From Eledone cirrhosa (lineage: Eukaryota), in the NCBI GenBank assembly GCA_964016885.1, contig OZ024746.1, forward strand, positions 30,380,001 through 30,444,000: 64,000 bases of DNA, in the 5' to 3' direction. Of this stretch, positions 15,225-28,921 are shown piece by piece; the stretch's first letter is position 1; each line of letters begins with the position of its first letter. The translations under genes were made by a program, and so were the position numbers. The notes beneath the pieces are model-generated. The model had not been told where the DNA came from. It ran no database searches and saw nothing but the letters and a program-made list of their open reading frames with translations.

Positions 15225-15412
15225 GGGCGGTGGATTGGCAGTATCGGTAGAGGGTCGGACGCCATGCTTTCCAGCATAGTTACGTCCCTTTACGATCTGA
15301 GTTCAAATCCCGCCGAGATTGACTTTGCCTTTCATCCATACGGGGTCGATAAAATAAAGTACCAGTCACACACTGGGTAGTTGCTGGCCTTGTGCCTAAA
15401 GTAGAAACAATT
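15225..15412 (+). mobile_element. SINE family A, full length, 14-bp TSD
   Basis: A-box-like tggcagtatcgg and B-box-like gttcaaatcc; TSD attatctttgattt at 15209-15222 and 15410-15423. Confidence 0.92.
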
Positions 15413-15464
15413 ATCTTTGATTTACATGTTTGTGTGTATTTTATTATTCTTGTTTCTGTAGACG

Positions 15465-15795
15465 AGCGCGTGCTGGTCGATTCCAGATAGAAGTGTGTGG
15501 CTTTTAGTCGCACTTTGCAAGAATGTTTGGAGAGAGCAGGGAGCTGGAGAAGGTAGCAGTCTTCAATTCTTACCTCGACGGCCTGCTGCAACTCTCATAA
15601 CCGATGTAGAATGCTACGAAAAGCCAATAACACCAACCGAGATTTAGGAAGCCCTGGCAGTATATACTACGTGAAAATAACCTGGTTTGGATGGACTGCA
15701 ATATGAGTTTTATGTAGATATGCCAGACTTGGTCTCTTATTTCCTCGAAGACGTCTAATGCAGCTGGCAACAGAACGGGAGAATTCTATTTCCTA
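15465..15795 (+). mobile_element. Degenerate Tx1/L1 ORF2 fragment
   Basis: Translates KPITPTEI*EAL..PGLDGLQYEFYVDMPDL..WQQNGRI, homologous to ORF 39965..40696. Confidence 0.8.
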
Positions 15796-16120
15796 GGTAT
15801 AAAGCTTCCTTAAGTACATCGTATTCCTGGTACACAATGTATTGTTAGATAGAATGCATAACTGGATGCAATGTTTTCCTAAGAACAATTCTTTTCAGGA
15901 CACAATGTTTTGCTGGGTACAAAAGAATAAAAAACGATCTTAATTTTGATTCACCATTTCACGGCATGACGTAAAACTTGCAGTGAAACCTACATTAGAT
16001 TTATCTTAGATTTTCTAACGTGTGTTATGCATTCAGTACATAGAGTTATATTTTTATACATATGTGTGTGTGTGTGTGTGTAGAAACTCATACACACACA
16101 CACATACATATATGTGTGTG

Positions 16121-16237
<117 letters not shown>

Positions 16238-16252
16238 GTATATATATATATT

Positions 16253-16329
<77 letters not shown>

Positions 16330-16356
16330 GTGGGTGCGCGCGCGTGTGTGTGTGTG

Positions 16357-16447
<91 letters not shown>

Positions 16448-16535
16448 TCGTGAAATGAAATTTATCATTATTATTTTTACCGGTACTTCTCCAAAGACAT
16501 TTGTGAATATATATTGAATGTAAACAAATATTAAT

Positions 16536-16589
<54 letters not shown>

Positions 16590-16893
16590 AGAAGAACAAC
16601 AACAACAACAACAACAACAACATCGGTGATAATCAGATTTACCTCATGCTATGTCAACATTTATTTTTACCTACGAGAAATGTATCCTGTGAACAAAGCT
16701 TTCTATATTGATGGAAAGTCAATAACGACCAATAAACGATGAGGAATTGGTGATTAAAGGTATGTGAAAGAATAAGAGATAACAGAATGATAACTTGTTC
16801 AAAGCAATGAGAATTTAAAGAAATGGAGAATGTAACTCAGCAACTCAGCAATCAGAGATCGATAAACGAAGAACCAGACTTGTAATATATATA

Positions 16894-18067
16894 TCATTAT
16901 CTATAAAAGGCAAGTGGATTGGCAGTATCGGTAGAGGATCGGATGCCATGCTTTGAAGCATAGAGTTACCTCCCTGTATGATCTGAGTTCAAATCCCGCC
17001 GAGGTTAACTTTGCCTTTCATCCTTCCGGGGTCGATAGAATAAAGTACCAGTAATGCATTGGGTAATTGCTGGCCTTGTGCCTAAAGTAGAAACAATTAT
17101 CTATAAAAGGCAGATTGTTGTTGTTGTTGTTGTGTGTGTGTGTGTGCATGTTCCATGTTTATACATTTGCACAATTTCAAACCGATTCGACTCAAAGTCT
17201 GTAAGAATCTTGTAAATGGTCTAACTTAGGTCAATGACTATTTATTTCATTCAAACTCACCCACAATTACGGAAATAATCGATAAAACTAAATACATGAC
17301 GCTTTACCCCTCTAATACAATCAGATTACTCTCTCTAGTCCCCTTAAAATTCGATAAAACTACATACATGCTGCAACTTTCTCTTATATAGGATTAAACT
17401 TACAAACTTTAAGAGAGAGGGAGAGAGAGAGTGAGAGAGAGAACGTTTGTTTTTGATATACGATTAAACTTACAAACTACCTTTAGGAACGCCGAAGAGA
17501 GAGAGAAGAGAGTGACAGGGAGAGAGAGAGAACGTTTGTTTTTGAGTGTGGAACGGTCAAACATTTATTTACTTGAATGACAACAATTATTCAAAAGCAA
17601 CAGATAAATTTATTCAACAACAAAAAAAATAGCGTTAAATCTTTTTTAAAACCTCTCAACGAACGTGGAAGAAAGAAGTATCAGTTTATTTACTATACAC
17701 AATAATAATCTCTATGAGGTCACTAAACCTGCTAGAAACAGCAGCTAACTCTCCCCCATATCACACCCCTCCCTACTGTCTTAAATTCAGAAAACACACA
17801 TTAGACAACCATGCAGAACAACTCCATCGCAGCTCTGTTGTTCGGCTGGCATCGTCTACGCGCGTGTTGCGCAAGTACTGTGAAACAATAAATTTCAACA
17901 CTTCTTTGCACAGAGATAATATCCATCGGCGAAACTACAATTGTCACTGCTGGCGCACCTCCTGCTTCGGCAGTCCAGGTCTGCAATTCATTCACCCAGT
18001 GCCTGGCAGACAAAAAAGTGCTGCCATAAAATGGGTGGTGCAACCTAACGCCGGGCTTTAATGCTAG
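16894..18067 (+). mobile_element. Non-autonomous Helitron copy 1 (SINE inserted at its 5' end; 3' hairpin partly deleted)
   Basis: Starts A|TCATTATCTATAAAAGGC and ends gccgggctttaatgCTAG|T; homologous to 24297-25368. Confidence 0.75.
16913..17100 (+). mobile_element. SINE family A, 17-bp TSD
   Basis: TSD attatctataaaaggca at 16896-16912 and 17096-17112. Confidence 0.92.
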
Positions 18068-18631
18068 TATGTATATAAAAGAAGGAATTTGTAGTTTACT
18101 TGAAGCATTGTATATGGTATAAAGAATTTGAAGTTGGGAAGCCACAAGTTGGTTTTCCAGCTAAGAATTCTTTATATGTATATAAAACCTTAACGACTTG
18201 GCCTGTGGCCATATGGTTCGGGTGTTAGACTAACGGTCAAAATATCTTCGGTTCGACTCACGAACCGGGAAACGTGTTGTATTCTTGATTGAGACAGATC
18301 ATTTCACCTTAGTCATGTCAACCCCACTATAAGAAATGAGTACCCGCCTTAACTGGGTATTAATTCCTTGGCGGTTCTCTCAGTCCCTTAACGCCAAGGA
18401 AACCGGGATAAACTCCGCGCTGATGAACCTCTCGAATTGTAACAGCCTTTATATCTTTAACTATATACATATGTATCTATGTATATGTGTATCTGTGTGT
18501 ATATGTGTGTGGGTGTGGGGGAGGGTGTCTGTGGGTGTGGGTGGGTGTGTGTGTGTGTGTGTGTGCGTGTGTTGACATTTATAACCGCCTCTCTTCTTCA
18601 TAATAGCAACACTCCGTTTGATAACTTATTG

Positions 18632-18814
18632 ATAATTGTTTCTACTTTTGGCACAAGGCCAGCAATTACCCAGTTCATTACTGGTACTTTATTTTATCGA
18701 CCTGGTAAGGATGAAAGGCAAAGTTAACCTCGACGGGATTTGAACTCAGACCGTAAAGGGACGTAACTATGCTGGAAAGCATGGCGTCTGACCCTCTACC
18801 GATACTGCCAATTC
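18632..18814 (-). mobile_element. SINE family A
   Basis: Reverse-complement copy; tattgataat direct repeats. Confidence 0.9.
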
Positions 18815-18898
18815 ATATTGATAATAATTTCAAGAAAACAATCGTAACGTGTTTTACGTCTGTTTACGACTAAAGACGGTGGATTAATTTATCAACCA

Positions 18899-19088
18899 GC
18901 GGTGAATTGGCAGTATCGGTAGAGGGTCGGACACCATGATTTGACGCATAGAGTTACGGCCTTTGCCATTCTGAGTTCAAATCCCGCCGAGGTTAACTTT
19001 GCCTTTCATCCTTACGGCGTTGATAAAATAAAGTACCAGTAATGTACTGGGTAATTGCTGGCCTTGTGCCAATAGTAGAAACAATTAT
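18899..19088 (+). mobile_element. SINE family A
   Basis: Full copy; TSD tttatcaaccagc. Confidence 0.9.
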
Positions 19089-19149
19089 TTTATCAACCAG
19101 CTTCTCTTCACTTGAATAATATATATATCAGAGACAGAGACAAAGAGGG

Positions 19150-19397
19150 CGACCGACCAACTAGCTGCTTTCATCTCGGCCAGTCGCCCTCAAAGTGGTG
19201 GCAACTCAATCCACTAATGACCATCTGGTGAGGGGGCGAATGCTTATAATGCACTACCACCTCTCCGTCAAAGAAAAGGAGAGGGGTGGTAGTGCATTAT
19301 AAGCCTTGGGCCCCCTCACCAGATGGTCATAAGTGGATTGAGTTGCCATCATTTGAGGGCGACTGGCCGAGGTGAAAAGCAGCTAGTTGGTCGGTCG
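19150..19397. repeat. Fold-back inverted repeat (about 118-bp arms, 11-nt loop)
   Basis: 19150-19266 pairs with 19278-19397 with scattered mismatches. Confidence 0.92.
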
Positions 19398-19440
19398 ATG
19401 TGTGTGTGAGAGTCTGTGAGTGTGTTTGTCTGTCTGTCTG

Positions 19441-19552
<112 letters not shown>

Positions 19553-19559
19553 GAAATAT

Positions 19560-19595
<36 letters not shown>

Positions 19596-19692
19596 CAGAC
19601 ATAGCAGCAGTCTTGGCCAATATTGCTCGACAAATAATTTGGAGATAATTATAAAGAATTAATATCTAGTAACATAAATATACATACAGATG

Positions 19693-20312
19693 CATATCAT
19701 TGCTACCAAATATATAGGTTTTGTCTTAGTAACTTTGTGGTTCAATGCATGGGGTTGCAGAACAATAATATGAGAGACGTAAAATAAGAAAATTATAAAA
19801 TTAACTTACTTACTAAAATTTCACTCCCAACTAATTAGTTTCTGAAATGGAATAAATATACTTTCCGAAGAAAATATAGAGAAGCATTTCGTCGTCAGGG
19901 AAGACTATTCTCAGCTAAGTATCCAGGCAAAGCGTGGACTCTGGAAACTTATACAAAAATAATTCAGTGGATAGAAAATAGTAAAGAAGCGTGGACTGAA
20001 TTCCTAGCCATTGAGAAAATCACTGCCTCTGCGTTGGTGGCAAATTCAAAAATAATCAATCCAGAGTCCACGCTTTGCCTGGATACTTAGCTGAGAATAG
20101 TCTTCCCTGACGACGAAATGCTTCTGTATATTTTCTTCGGAAAGTATATTTATTCCATTTCAGAAACTAATTAGTTGGGAGTGAAATTTTAGTAAGTAAG
20201 TTAATTTTATAATTTTCTTATTTTACGTCTCTCATATTATTGTTCTGCAACCCCATGCATTGAACCACAAAGTTACTAGGACAAAACCTATATATTTGCT
20301 AGCATTGATATG
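19693..20312. repeat. Long inverted repeat (about 253-bp arms, 114-bp spacer) between (TA)n tracts
   Basis: 19693-19945 versus 20060-20312, only a few mismatches. Confidence 0.93.
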
Positions 20313-20492
20313 GGTAAAGATACAGAGAAAGAGGAAGCAGTAAGAACGAAATAGGCGGGTTACAGCGGGGTAAAAAATATGTGTAAATATGAGAATAAAC
20401 GTGCTGCATGGTTGCAAATGGGTTACATATGAATAAAGTGGTCCTTCATCAGTGATCTTCCAACAATCATCGATATTCCTTCGCTTTAAAGA

Positions 20493-20533
<41 letters not shown>

Positions 20534-20560
20534 TTTATATATATATATATATATATATTA

Positions 20561-20653
<93 letters not shown>

Positions 20654-20703
20654 TATACATATATTTATATATATTATATATTATATATATATATATATAC
20701 ATA

Positions 20704-20784
<81 letters not shown>

Positions 20785-20868
20785 AGGAGGTGAGTTTTAT
20801 TGTAGTACAATAAAGCAATGCAGATATCGGATAAGTAGCACTCTACAGTTTGTAGGACTGGAGTATAA

Positions 20869-20968
20869 ATAATAATATATAAGATCAAAAGATGGTTAAA
20901 AGACTTCCATGTATTTTATAAAATACATGAAACTCTTTTAACCATCTTTTGATCTTATATATTATTAT
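20869..20968. repeat. 100-bp near-perfect palindrome abutting (TA)n
   Basis: Centre CATGTATTTTATAAAATACATG (20908-20929), extended by ataataatatataagatcaaaagatggttaaaaga and its complement. Confidence 0.9.
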
Positions 20969-20987
20969 ATATATATATATATATATA

Positions 20988-21040
20988 TCATCATCATCAT
21001 CATCGTTTAACGCGTCTATCTTCGACGCTAGCATGGGTTT
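20988..21040 (-). mobile_element. RTE 3' tail fragment with (ATG)n tail
   Basis: (CAT)n-cgtttaacgcgtc...acgctagcatggg resembles 33841-33896. Confidence 0.65.
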
Positions 21041-21057
21041 ATATATATATATATATG

Positions 21058-21171
<114 letters not shown>

Positions 21172-21615
21172 TGTATGTCTGTCTGTCTGTCTGCCTGTCT
21201 GTCTGTGTGTCTGTGTGTCTGTGTGTCTGTGTGTGTATGTAGAGAGATTAATAGAAATATTGATCTGACGGTTTGCCTTCAGAGACTAAATAGATGAGAT
21301 GAAAGGGTTGCATTGCGAAATGATAGACCATTTCATAGTAAATTTGTTATCATTATGTCGCCAAAACTTTGCCTATTACAGTACATTTGTATATAATAGT
21401 CATAATGTTCATTATATGTATATATACAGAGAGAGAGACTTATTCTTTCTGAATATCTGATTGTATCCGCCTGAATTAAGAAAAACAAAATTGAGATAGA
21501 ATTCAAACACGATAATATTTATCAATAAAATCGTATATTTCAGCATTGAAAGTAAATATAAATGAAGGACCTCAATAATAAATTGAGTCTTTCAGCATCC
21601 CTAATATTTTGAGTA

Positions 21616-21666
<51 letters not shown>

Positions 21667-22050
21667 TTACTTATATGTATATATATATATCCATATATAT
21701 ATATATATGTGTGTATATATATGCATATATACATATATATATATTTATATGTGTGTATATATATATATAGAGAGAAAAAATTTACGAAATGGAAATGCGG
21801 GTATATAGAATTTATTAGGTAACAATTGTTTCTATAGTGTATGAGTTACCTATACCTCGCTATTTGAATAATACACAAATATTATCAAAAACCGAAAGTA
21901 CACTGTAAGCCAACACACCATGTCATCAGACCTTTGTATTAGAATGATATGAAAATATTTTATACACTAGATAAAAAAGGAGGTAGGAAGAGAAGGGGAA
22001 GAGGGAAGTGAGTAAGGTGGAGGGAGTCTTAGTGTTTATATTTATATGTG

Positions 22051-22125
<75 letters not shown>

Positions 22126-22134
22126 GTATATACG

Positions 22135-22165
<31 letters not shown>

Positions 22166-22318
22166 GTATATACACATATAAATATATATATGTATATACA
22201 CATATAAATATATATATATGTATATATGCATATATATACACACATATATATATATAGATATATATATGGATATATATATATGTGTGTATATATATGCATA
22301 TATACATATATATATATT

Positions 22319-22390
<72 letters not shown>

Positions 22391-22479
22391 CACATATAAA
22401 TATATATATATGTATATATGCATATATATACACACATATATATATATATGGATATATATATATATATACATATAAGTAA

Positions 22480-22522
<43 letters not shown>

Positions 22523-22523
22523 A

Positions 22524-22622
<99 letters not shown>

Positions 22623-23009
22623 TACTCAAAATATTATATATATATATATATAATGACATATAAATATATGTATGATATGTATATATGCATATATATATAT
22701 GTATGTATGTATCTATGTATATGTTCCAAATAATATCTGCATAATCATATAATCATACTCACTGAATATGTATACTTTTAGTTATCATAAATTTGTGTCA
22801 GATTCAGTCACAGATCTGAAAAAAGTTTTAGTAACCATTTATACAAAGATAGAAATCAATAGTAAACTTTTTCATGTCTGTCTCTCTCTGTACCTATCTC
22901 TATCTCTATATCTCCCTCTATCAGTCTATCTATTTAATAATTTAACTTTCTTTTCACATACACATGTATGTGTGTGTGTATAAATGCATATATATATATA
23001 TATATATAT

Positions 23010-23203
23010 AAACAAACCGAACATTATAATAAATGTTCGGTAAACCGATACGTACATATATGTATGTGTACATGTATGTATATATATACATACTACTGTA
23101 CGTCTGTATACATATATGTATGTACGTATACATACATATTTACATTTAAGTAACTGCCGTACTAAGAGTGAGAAATGAAATTTCGTTTCATTTTTTCCAT
23201 TTA
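23010..23203 (+). repeat. Dispersed copy of the repeat at 63467-63690, opposite orientation
   Basis: tttacatttaagtaactgccgtactaagagtgagaaatgaaatttcgttt matches the reverse complement of about 63487-63536. Confidence 0.85.
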
Positions 23204-23388
23204 TATATATATATAGCATATATATGTGATGGTATGTATATTCTCCTTGATAGTTTGTATAATTTTGTACATAGATCTTTTGAATATGCATGCCAATTCT
23301 AACACATATATGTCCTAGAAACGATCGTAAAATAATGAACTTTTTTTGTTTAATATAAGGAACTGTTTCTTTGTTTTATTCATTATTT

Positions 23389-23439
<51 letters not shown>

Positions 23440-23515
23440 TATGTGTTAGCGTTTGTGTGCATGTGCATTTTTATAGAAAGATAAATAGATGTATTTAACA
23501 TATCTATATCTATAC

Positions 23516-23633
<118 letters not shown>

Positions 23634-24070
23634 TTGTTAAGAAAGCGTGATAGCAGTTTCAATTCAACTTACTTTATACGTAATCACAGGCTACACGAGT
23701 TTTGCAAATGAGTAGCTCCGAGCTATAAGGATTTGCATAATACAAAAAAAAAGAAAGATAAGCTATGTTTCAGCTGCGCCTTCGGATAAAATAGCAAATG
23801 TATTGCCATGGAGATAGCCAGTGGGATTACTAACGAAATATCTTGAATTGAAACGTCGGTCTCTTTCTCTTAATATGAATACTCTGCTATTTAAGCCAAG
23901 TGATAATCAGTACTAATCCCAACGAATATTACTATGTACCCGGTTCGCATAAAAACAACATTGGGTGCTGAAACGGGTACCATCTGTACCGCTTAGTATT
24001 ATTCAACTGTGTACATACACATACATATATATATATATATATACATATATATATGTGTGTGTGTGTATAC

Positions 24071-24102
<32 letters not shown>

Positions 24103-24296
24103 ATGTATACATATATATATATTGATTGTGCGTGTATACCAAACAAGTATATCAATCGATGGAGGATTTATATTATCATTTTATTAAGTATTATGATGAA
24201 ATACTACACCCATCCATACATACACGCACACGCGCGCGAGCACACATACATACACACACACACATTCATGCATCATCATCATCATCATCATCATCA

Positions 24297-24662
24297 TCAT
24301 TATCTATAAAAGGCAGATTTTTGTGTCTGTATGTATGTTTCAATTTTATACATTTGCACAATTTCAAACCGATTCAACTCAAAGTCTGTAAGAATGTTGT
24401 AAATGGTCTAACTTAGGTCAACGACTATTTATTTATTTAAAACTCACCCACAATTACGGAAATAATCGATAAAACTAAATACATGACGCTTTACCCCTCT
24501 AATACAATCTGATAACCTCTCTCTCTACTCCCCTTAAAATTCGATAAAACTACATACATGCTGCAACTTTCTCTTATATACGCTTAAACTTACAAACTTC
24601 CTTTAGGAACGCCGAAGAAAGAAGAGAGAAATAAATGAAGGAGAGAGAGAGTGAGAGAGAGT

Positions 24663-24693
<31 letters not shown>

Positions 24694-25367
24694 TGAGAGA
24701 GAGAGAGAACGTTTGTTTTTGAGTGTGGAATGGTCAAACATTTATTTACTTCAATGACAACAATTATTCAAAAGCAACAGATAAATTTATTCAACAACAA
24801 CAAAAAAATACCGATAAATCTTTTTTAAAACATCTCTCAACGAACGTGGAAGAAAGAAGTATCAGTTTATTTACTATACACAATAATATCCTCTATGAGG
24901 TCACTAAACCTGCTAGAAATAGCAGCTAACTCTCCCCCATATCACACCCCTCCCTACTGTCTTAAATTTAGAAAACACATATCCTCTATGAGGTCACTAA
25001 ACCTGCTAGAAACAGCAGCTAACTCTCCCCCATATCACACCCCTCCCTACTGTCTTAAATTTAGAAAACACACATTAGACAACCATGCAGAACAACTCCA
25101 TCGCAGCTCTGTTGTTCGGCTGGCATCGTCTACGCGCGTGTTGCGCAAGTACTGTGAAACAATAAATTTTAACACTTCTTTGCACAGAGATAATATCCAT
25201 AGGCGAAACTACAATTGTCACTGCTGGTGCAGCTCCTGCTTCGGCAGTCCAGGTCTGCAATTCATTTACCCAGTGCCTGGCAGACAAAAAAGTGGTGCCA
25301 TAAAATGGGTGGTGCAACCTAACTTTGGTAACTTACTGACCCCGAGCAACGCCGGGCTTTAATGCTA

Positions 25368-25368
<1 letters not shown>
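24297..25368 (+). mobile_element. Non-autonomous Helitron copy 2
   Basis: 5' TC terminus; 3' hairpin cccgagcaacgccggg (25341-25356) followed by CTAG|T; internal tandem duplication of about 93 bp at 24889-25070. Confidence 0.8.
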
Positions 25369-25403
<35 letters not shown>

Positions 25404-25406
<3 letters not shown>

Positions 25407-25800
25407 AAAGTTCTATTTAAAATTGTTGGGATACAACAAGTAAATATTTTTATAACTGATATAAAGCACTCGACAAGTATTTGAAGTAGATATACGATAT
25501 TAATAAATGGAAACTATATTTATAAAACCATATTTATTTCATTATACATATTTCAGGGATACCAAATTAAATTATGGTATGCCTTCATCAGACAATTCAT
25601 CAGACATTTTTGGAAGCCATCCAGATGGCTTCCAAAAATAACGGTTGCATTTTAAAAGGGTACGTCAAAGCTTATTTGTAAAACTGTTATATATTGTATT
25701 TTATCTGATGAAGGCATACCATAATTTAATTTGATATCCCTGAAATATGTATAATGAAATAAATATGGTTTTATAAATATAGTTTCCATTTATTAATATC

Positions 25801-25801
<1 letters not shown>
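25404..25801 (+). mobile_element. Fold-back pLTR-like insert in (TA)n
   Basis: Arms 25490-25592 and 25704-25806; internal hairpin 25607-25638; (TA)n on both sides. Confidence 0.8.
25697..25761 (+). ncRNA. Type I hammerhead ribozyme
   Basis: Stem I tattttat/atgaaata; CTGATGA 25705-25711; stem II agg-c-atacca...tgatat-c-cct (tggtat in the twin); GAAA 25742-25745; tatgta; AUA site at 25753. Confidence 0.8.
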
Positions 25802-25886
<85 letters not shown>

Positions 25887-26051
25887 TCTCGCATAAACAC
25901 GATGAAGTGGAATATACATATTGAACAGACTAGGAAAAGAGAATGGTTTTAGTAATGTAATATAATTGTTTCTACTATTGGCACAAGGCCAGCAAACATC
26001 CAGTACATTACTGGTACTTTATTTTATCGATGGAATATATATATATACATT

Positions 26052-26127
<76 letters not shown>

Positions 26128-26134
<7 letters not shown>

Positions 26135-26299
26135 CAGGCAAGGAGTCTTAACGACTCGGACGTTAGTCTCTCATCATGATATAGAATGAGAAATAAAAGA
26201 ATAAACAGAAAATAGAATGATGGACGGCAGTGAGAAGAGGAAGAAACAGAATATAATTTTATTGGCGGGGAGAAGAAGCCTGCATGTGTTCAGTGAGCT

Positions 26300-26360
<61 letters not shown>

Positions 26361-26625
26361 ATATCAGAGAGAGAGAGAGAGAGAGAGAGCAGCTCACTGA
26401 ACACATGCAGGCTTCTTCTCCCCGCCAATAAAATTATATTCTGTTTCTTCCTCTTCTCACTGCCGTCCATCATTCTATTTTCTGTTTATTCTTTTATTTC
26501 TCATTCTATTTCATGATGAGAGACTAACGTCCGAGTCGTTAAGACTCCTTGCCTGTTATATCAAGCGTTAAACTAATATTGAACTGTATCGTTTGCTGTG
26601 TTGTTTTACCGTTTACTTTTCGCAT
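26128..26625 (+). mobile_element. Fold-back pLTR-like insert: palindrome centred on (CT)n/(GA)n
   Basis: 26128-26300 versus 26389-26561 nearly perfect; decayed hammerhead ATGATGA-ga-gac-taac-gtc-c-GAGT-cgtt-aagac; same family as 10831-10900. Confidence 0.8.
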
Positions 26626-26689
26626 ATATATATGAGTATGTATGTGTTTGTGTCTGTGTGTTTGTGTGTGCTTGTGTATGTCTGTGTGT

Positions 26690-28140
26690 GCACTCCTCTC
26701 ATAAATTGTGGATAGCCATCAAAAGTTCTTCAGCGAAAAAGAAATTCTTGGTCTGTAAACAAAGTGTTCAACGGACCTTAAGGAAAATGAAAGATAAATA
26801 GTGGCCACAAACGCTGCCGAGCTGCAAACTGCTGCTGATAGAAAATATATAAAAATCTTCTGTAAAGGCATAACAAATAGTTTATGGCCATCAGCAACTC
26901 GAATCAACGCTGGTGTTAGCATCGGATGGATCTACTTTGCAAACAAATAAAAGTGATATTCTTAACCACTGGAAAGAAAACTACGAAACAATTTTGAAAA
27001 TCTCCATCTATTGTGGACCATGATGTCATCGACACAATTCCCTTACGGTCGGAAATCCGTGATTTGGACCCAATATATGCCGAAGTCAAATAACTACAAA
27101 ACAAATGGTATCAGGTAATTCACCTGATGATAATGCAATACTAGCTGAGGTGTCAAAGTTTGGAGGTAATGTATGCGTGCATAAGCTTTTGAATTTTCTT
27201 ATTTTGATTAGGAAGACTGGCAATGTTTCTCAGGAAAGTAAGGACTCGTCTATTAGCCACGTTTTTTAACGAATTGGGGAAAAAGAATTGCATCACTGCT
27301 TTCTGTGGTGGTTATGATCTTTGCTCCAGTTGTTCTCTACATAATGACTCACTTGGTAGATAGATTTTGTTTAGCCTAATCCCAGAGTGGCTTTAGTGCT
27401 GCAGGTAAAACCACAGACATATTGCTTGCATTAAGTTGTAGTGAAGGTAAGGAAGACGAACAGTTAAAACTTTATAGTCTTTGTTGACTTAACAAAAGCT
27501 TTTGATTCCGTCAATTGCGATGCTCGTTCTCAGTGCTGAAGAAGACTGGGATTCCTAATAAGATGCTCAGTGTTATAACATCCTTCCAAGAAAACATACA
27601 GGCTTCTTTTTAGTCAGATGGCACTTCATCAGATCACTTTCGTTTAAGATCACAGCAGGGGTGCGTAATGGCCTCTCTTTTGTTTGCTATTTACTTTTCT
27701 TTGATGCTAGAGGGTGCCTTATAATAATTGTTTCTACTTTTGGCACAAAGCCAGCAATTACCCAGTGCATTACTGGAATAATGGTGTTTTGTTTGAACAT
27801 AGAACATCAAGTGGACATTACAATCATCAAAGATTTAAGTCGAACACCCCTACTGAAACAAAAATACTTTTAACTTCTCGTTTGCTAATGGTGCGACTCT
27901 TTCTGAGAAGCTCCTGAAGTTGTAAGCTAATTTTCATCTGCGGCAGATGCGTTTGATCTAACAATAAGTGTAAAATTGACAAAAGTCAATAGTTGGAGGA
28001 AAATCTGTCAAAACGACACCAGGAGCCATGCCAACACAAGCATTAAGCACTTAAGTGAACTAAGGCAAGGTCAAAATAATGTAGTTTCAGTTCAACATTT
28101 TGTGTATGAAGGAGGTGGTCTGGTTTGCAAGAGTACAGCA
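26690..28140 (+). mobile_element. Highly degenerate RTE-type LINE ORF2
   Basis: Fragments VQRTLRKMKD, ASDGSTLQTNKSDILNHWKE and IVFVDLTKAFDSVN (about 27473-27515); SINE fragment at 27724-27777. Confidence 0.75.
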
Positions 28141-28322
28141 GGTTTATTGCCTCACAGAAAAGATAAACATGAAAATATGGAGTAGAAAGAAAGTAAATTA
28201 TTTTGGCCCTCATGAATCAAACACGATAAGAGAGTCTCTCTCTATCTCTCTCTCTATCTCTATCTATCTATCTCTCCCTTCTCTCTATCTCTCTCTCTCC
28301 CTCTATCACTCTCTCCCCTCTC

Positions 28323-28357
<35 letters not shown>

Positions 28358-28507
28358 TACATATACATTTATATACATATATACACATATATACATACAC
28401 ACACATATGTATATAATATACATATGCTTATACACATACATATATGCATATAGATATCGATATACATATACATGTGTATGTAAATATACGCATATGTATA
28501 TATATAT

Positions 28508-28563
<56 letters not shown>

Positions 28564-28564
28564 T

Positions 28565-28605
<41 letters not shown>

Positions 28606-28614
28606 ATACATACG

Positions 28615-28657
<43 letters not shown>

Positions 28658-28749
28658 TTATATATGCATACAATGTATGCGCTGCCTAATCCTTAAGAAA
28701 TTGTTATATTTCTAATTTCCTCACAATAGCCGACACTAGAAAACTTTTG

Positions 28750-28921
28750 CATCGGTAGAGGGTCGGACGCCATGCTTTCCAGCATAGTTATGTCCCTTTA
28801 CGATCTGAGTTCAAATCCCGCCGAGGTTGACTTTGCCTTTCATCCTTACGGGGTCGATAAAATAAATAACCAGTAATGCACTGGGTAATTGCTGGCCTTG
28901 TGCCTAAAGTAGAAACAATTA
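28750..28921 (+). mobile_element. SINE family A
   Basis: Near-full copy. Confidence 0.9.

Noticed and set aside
15225-15320. tRNA gene
   Set aside because: A/B-box-like head of a SINE; no cloverleaf.
17714-18061. 115-aa ORF and its 155-aa counterpart at 24895-25362
   Set aside because: Internal to non-autonomous Helitron copies; no domain motifs recognised.
26174-26516. Near-identical 99-aa ORFs on both strands
   Set aside because: A consequence of the DNA palindrome; not a recognisable protein.
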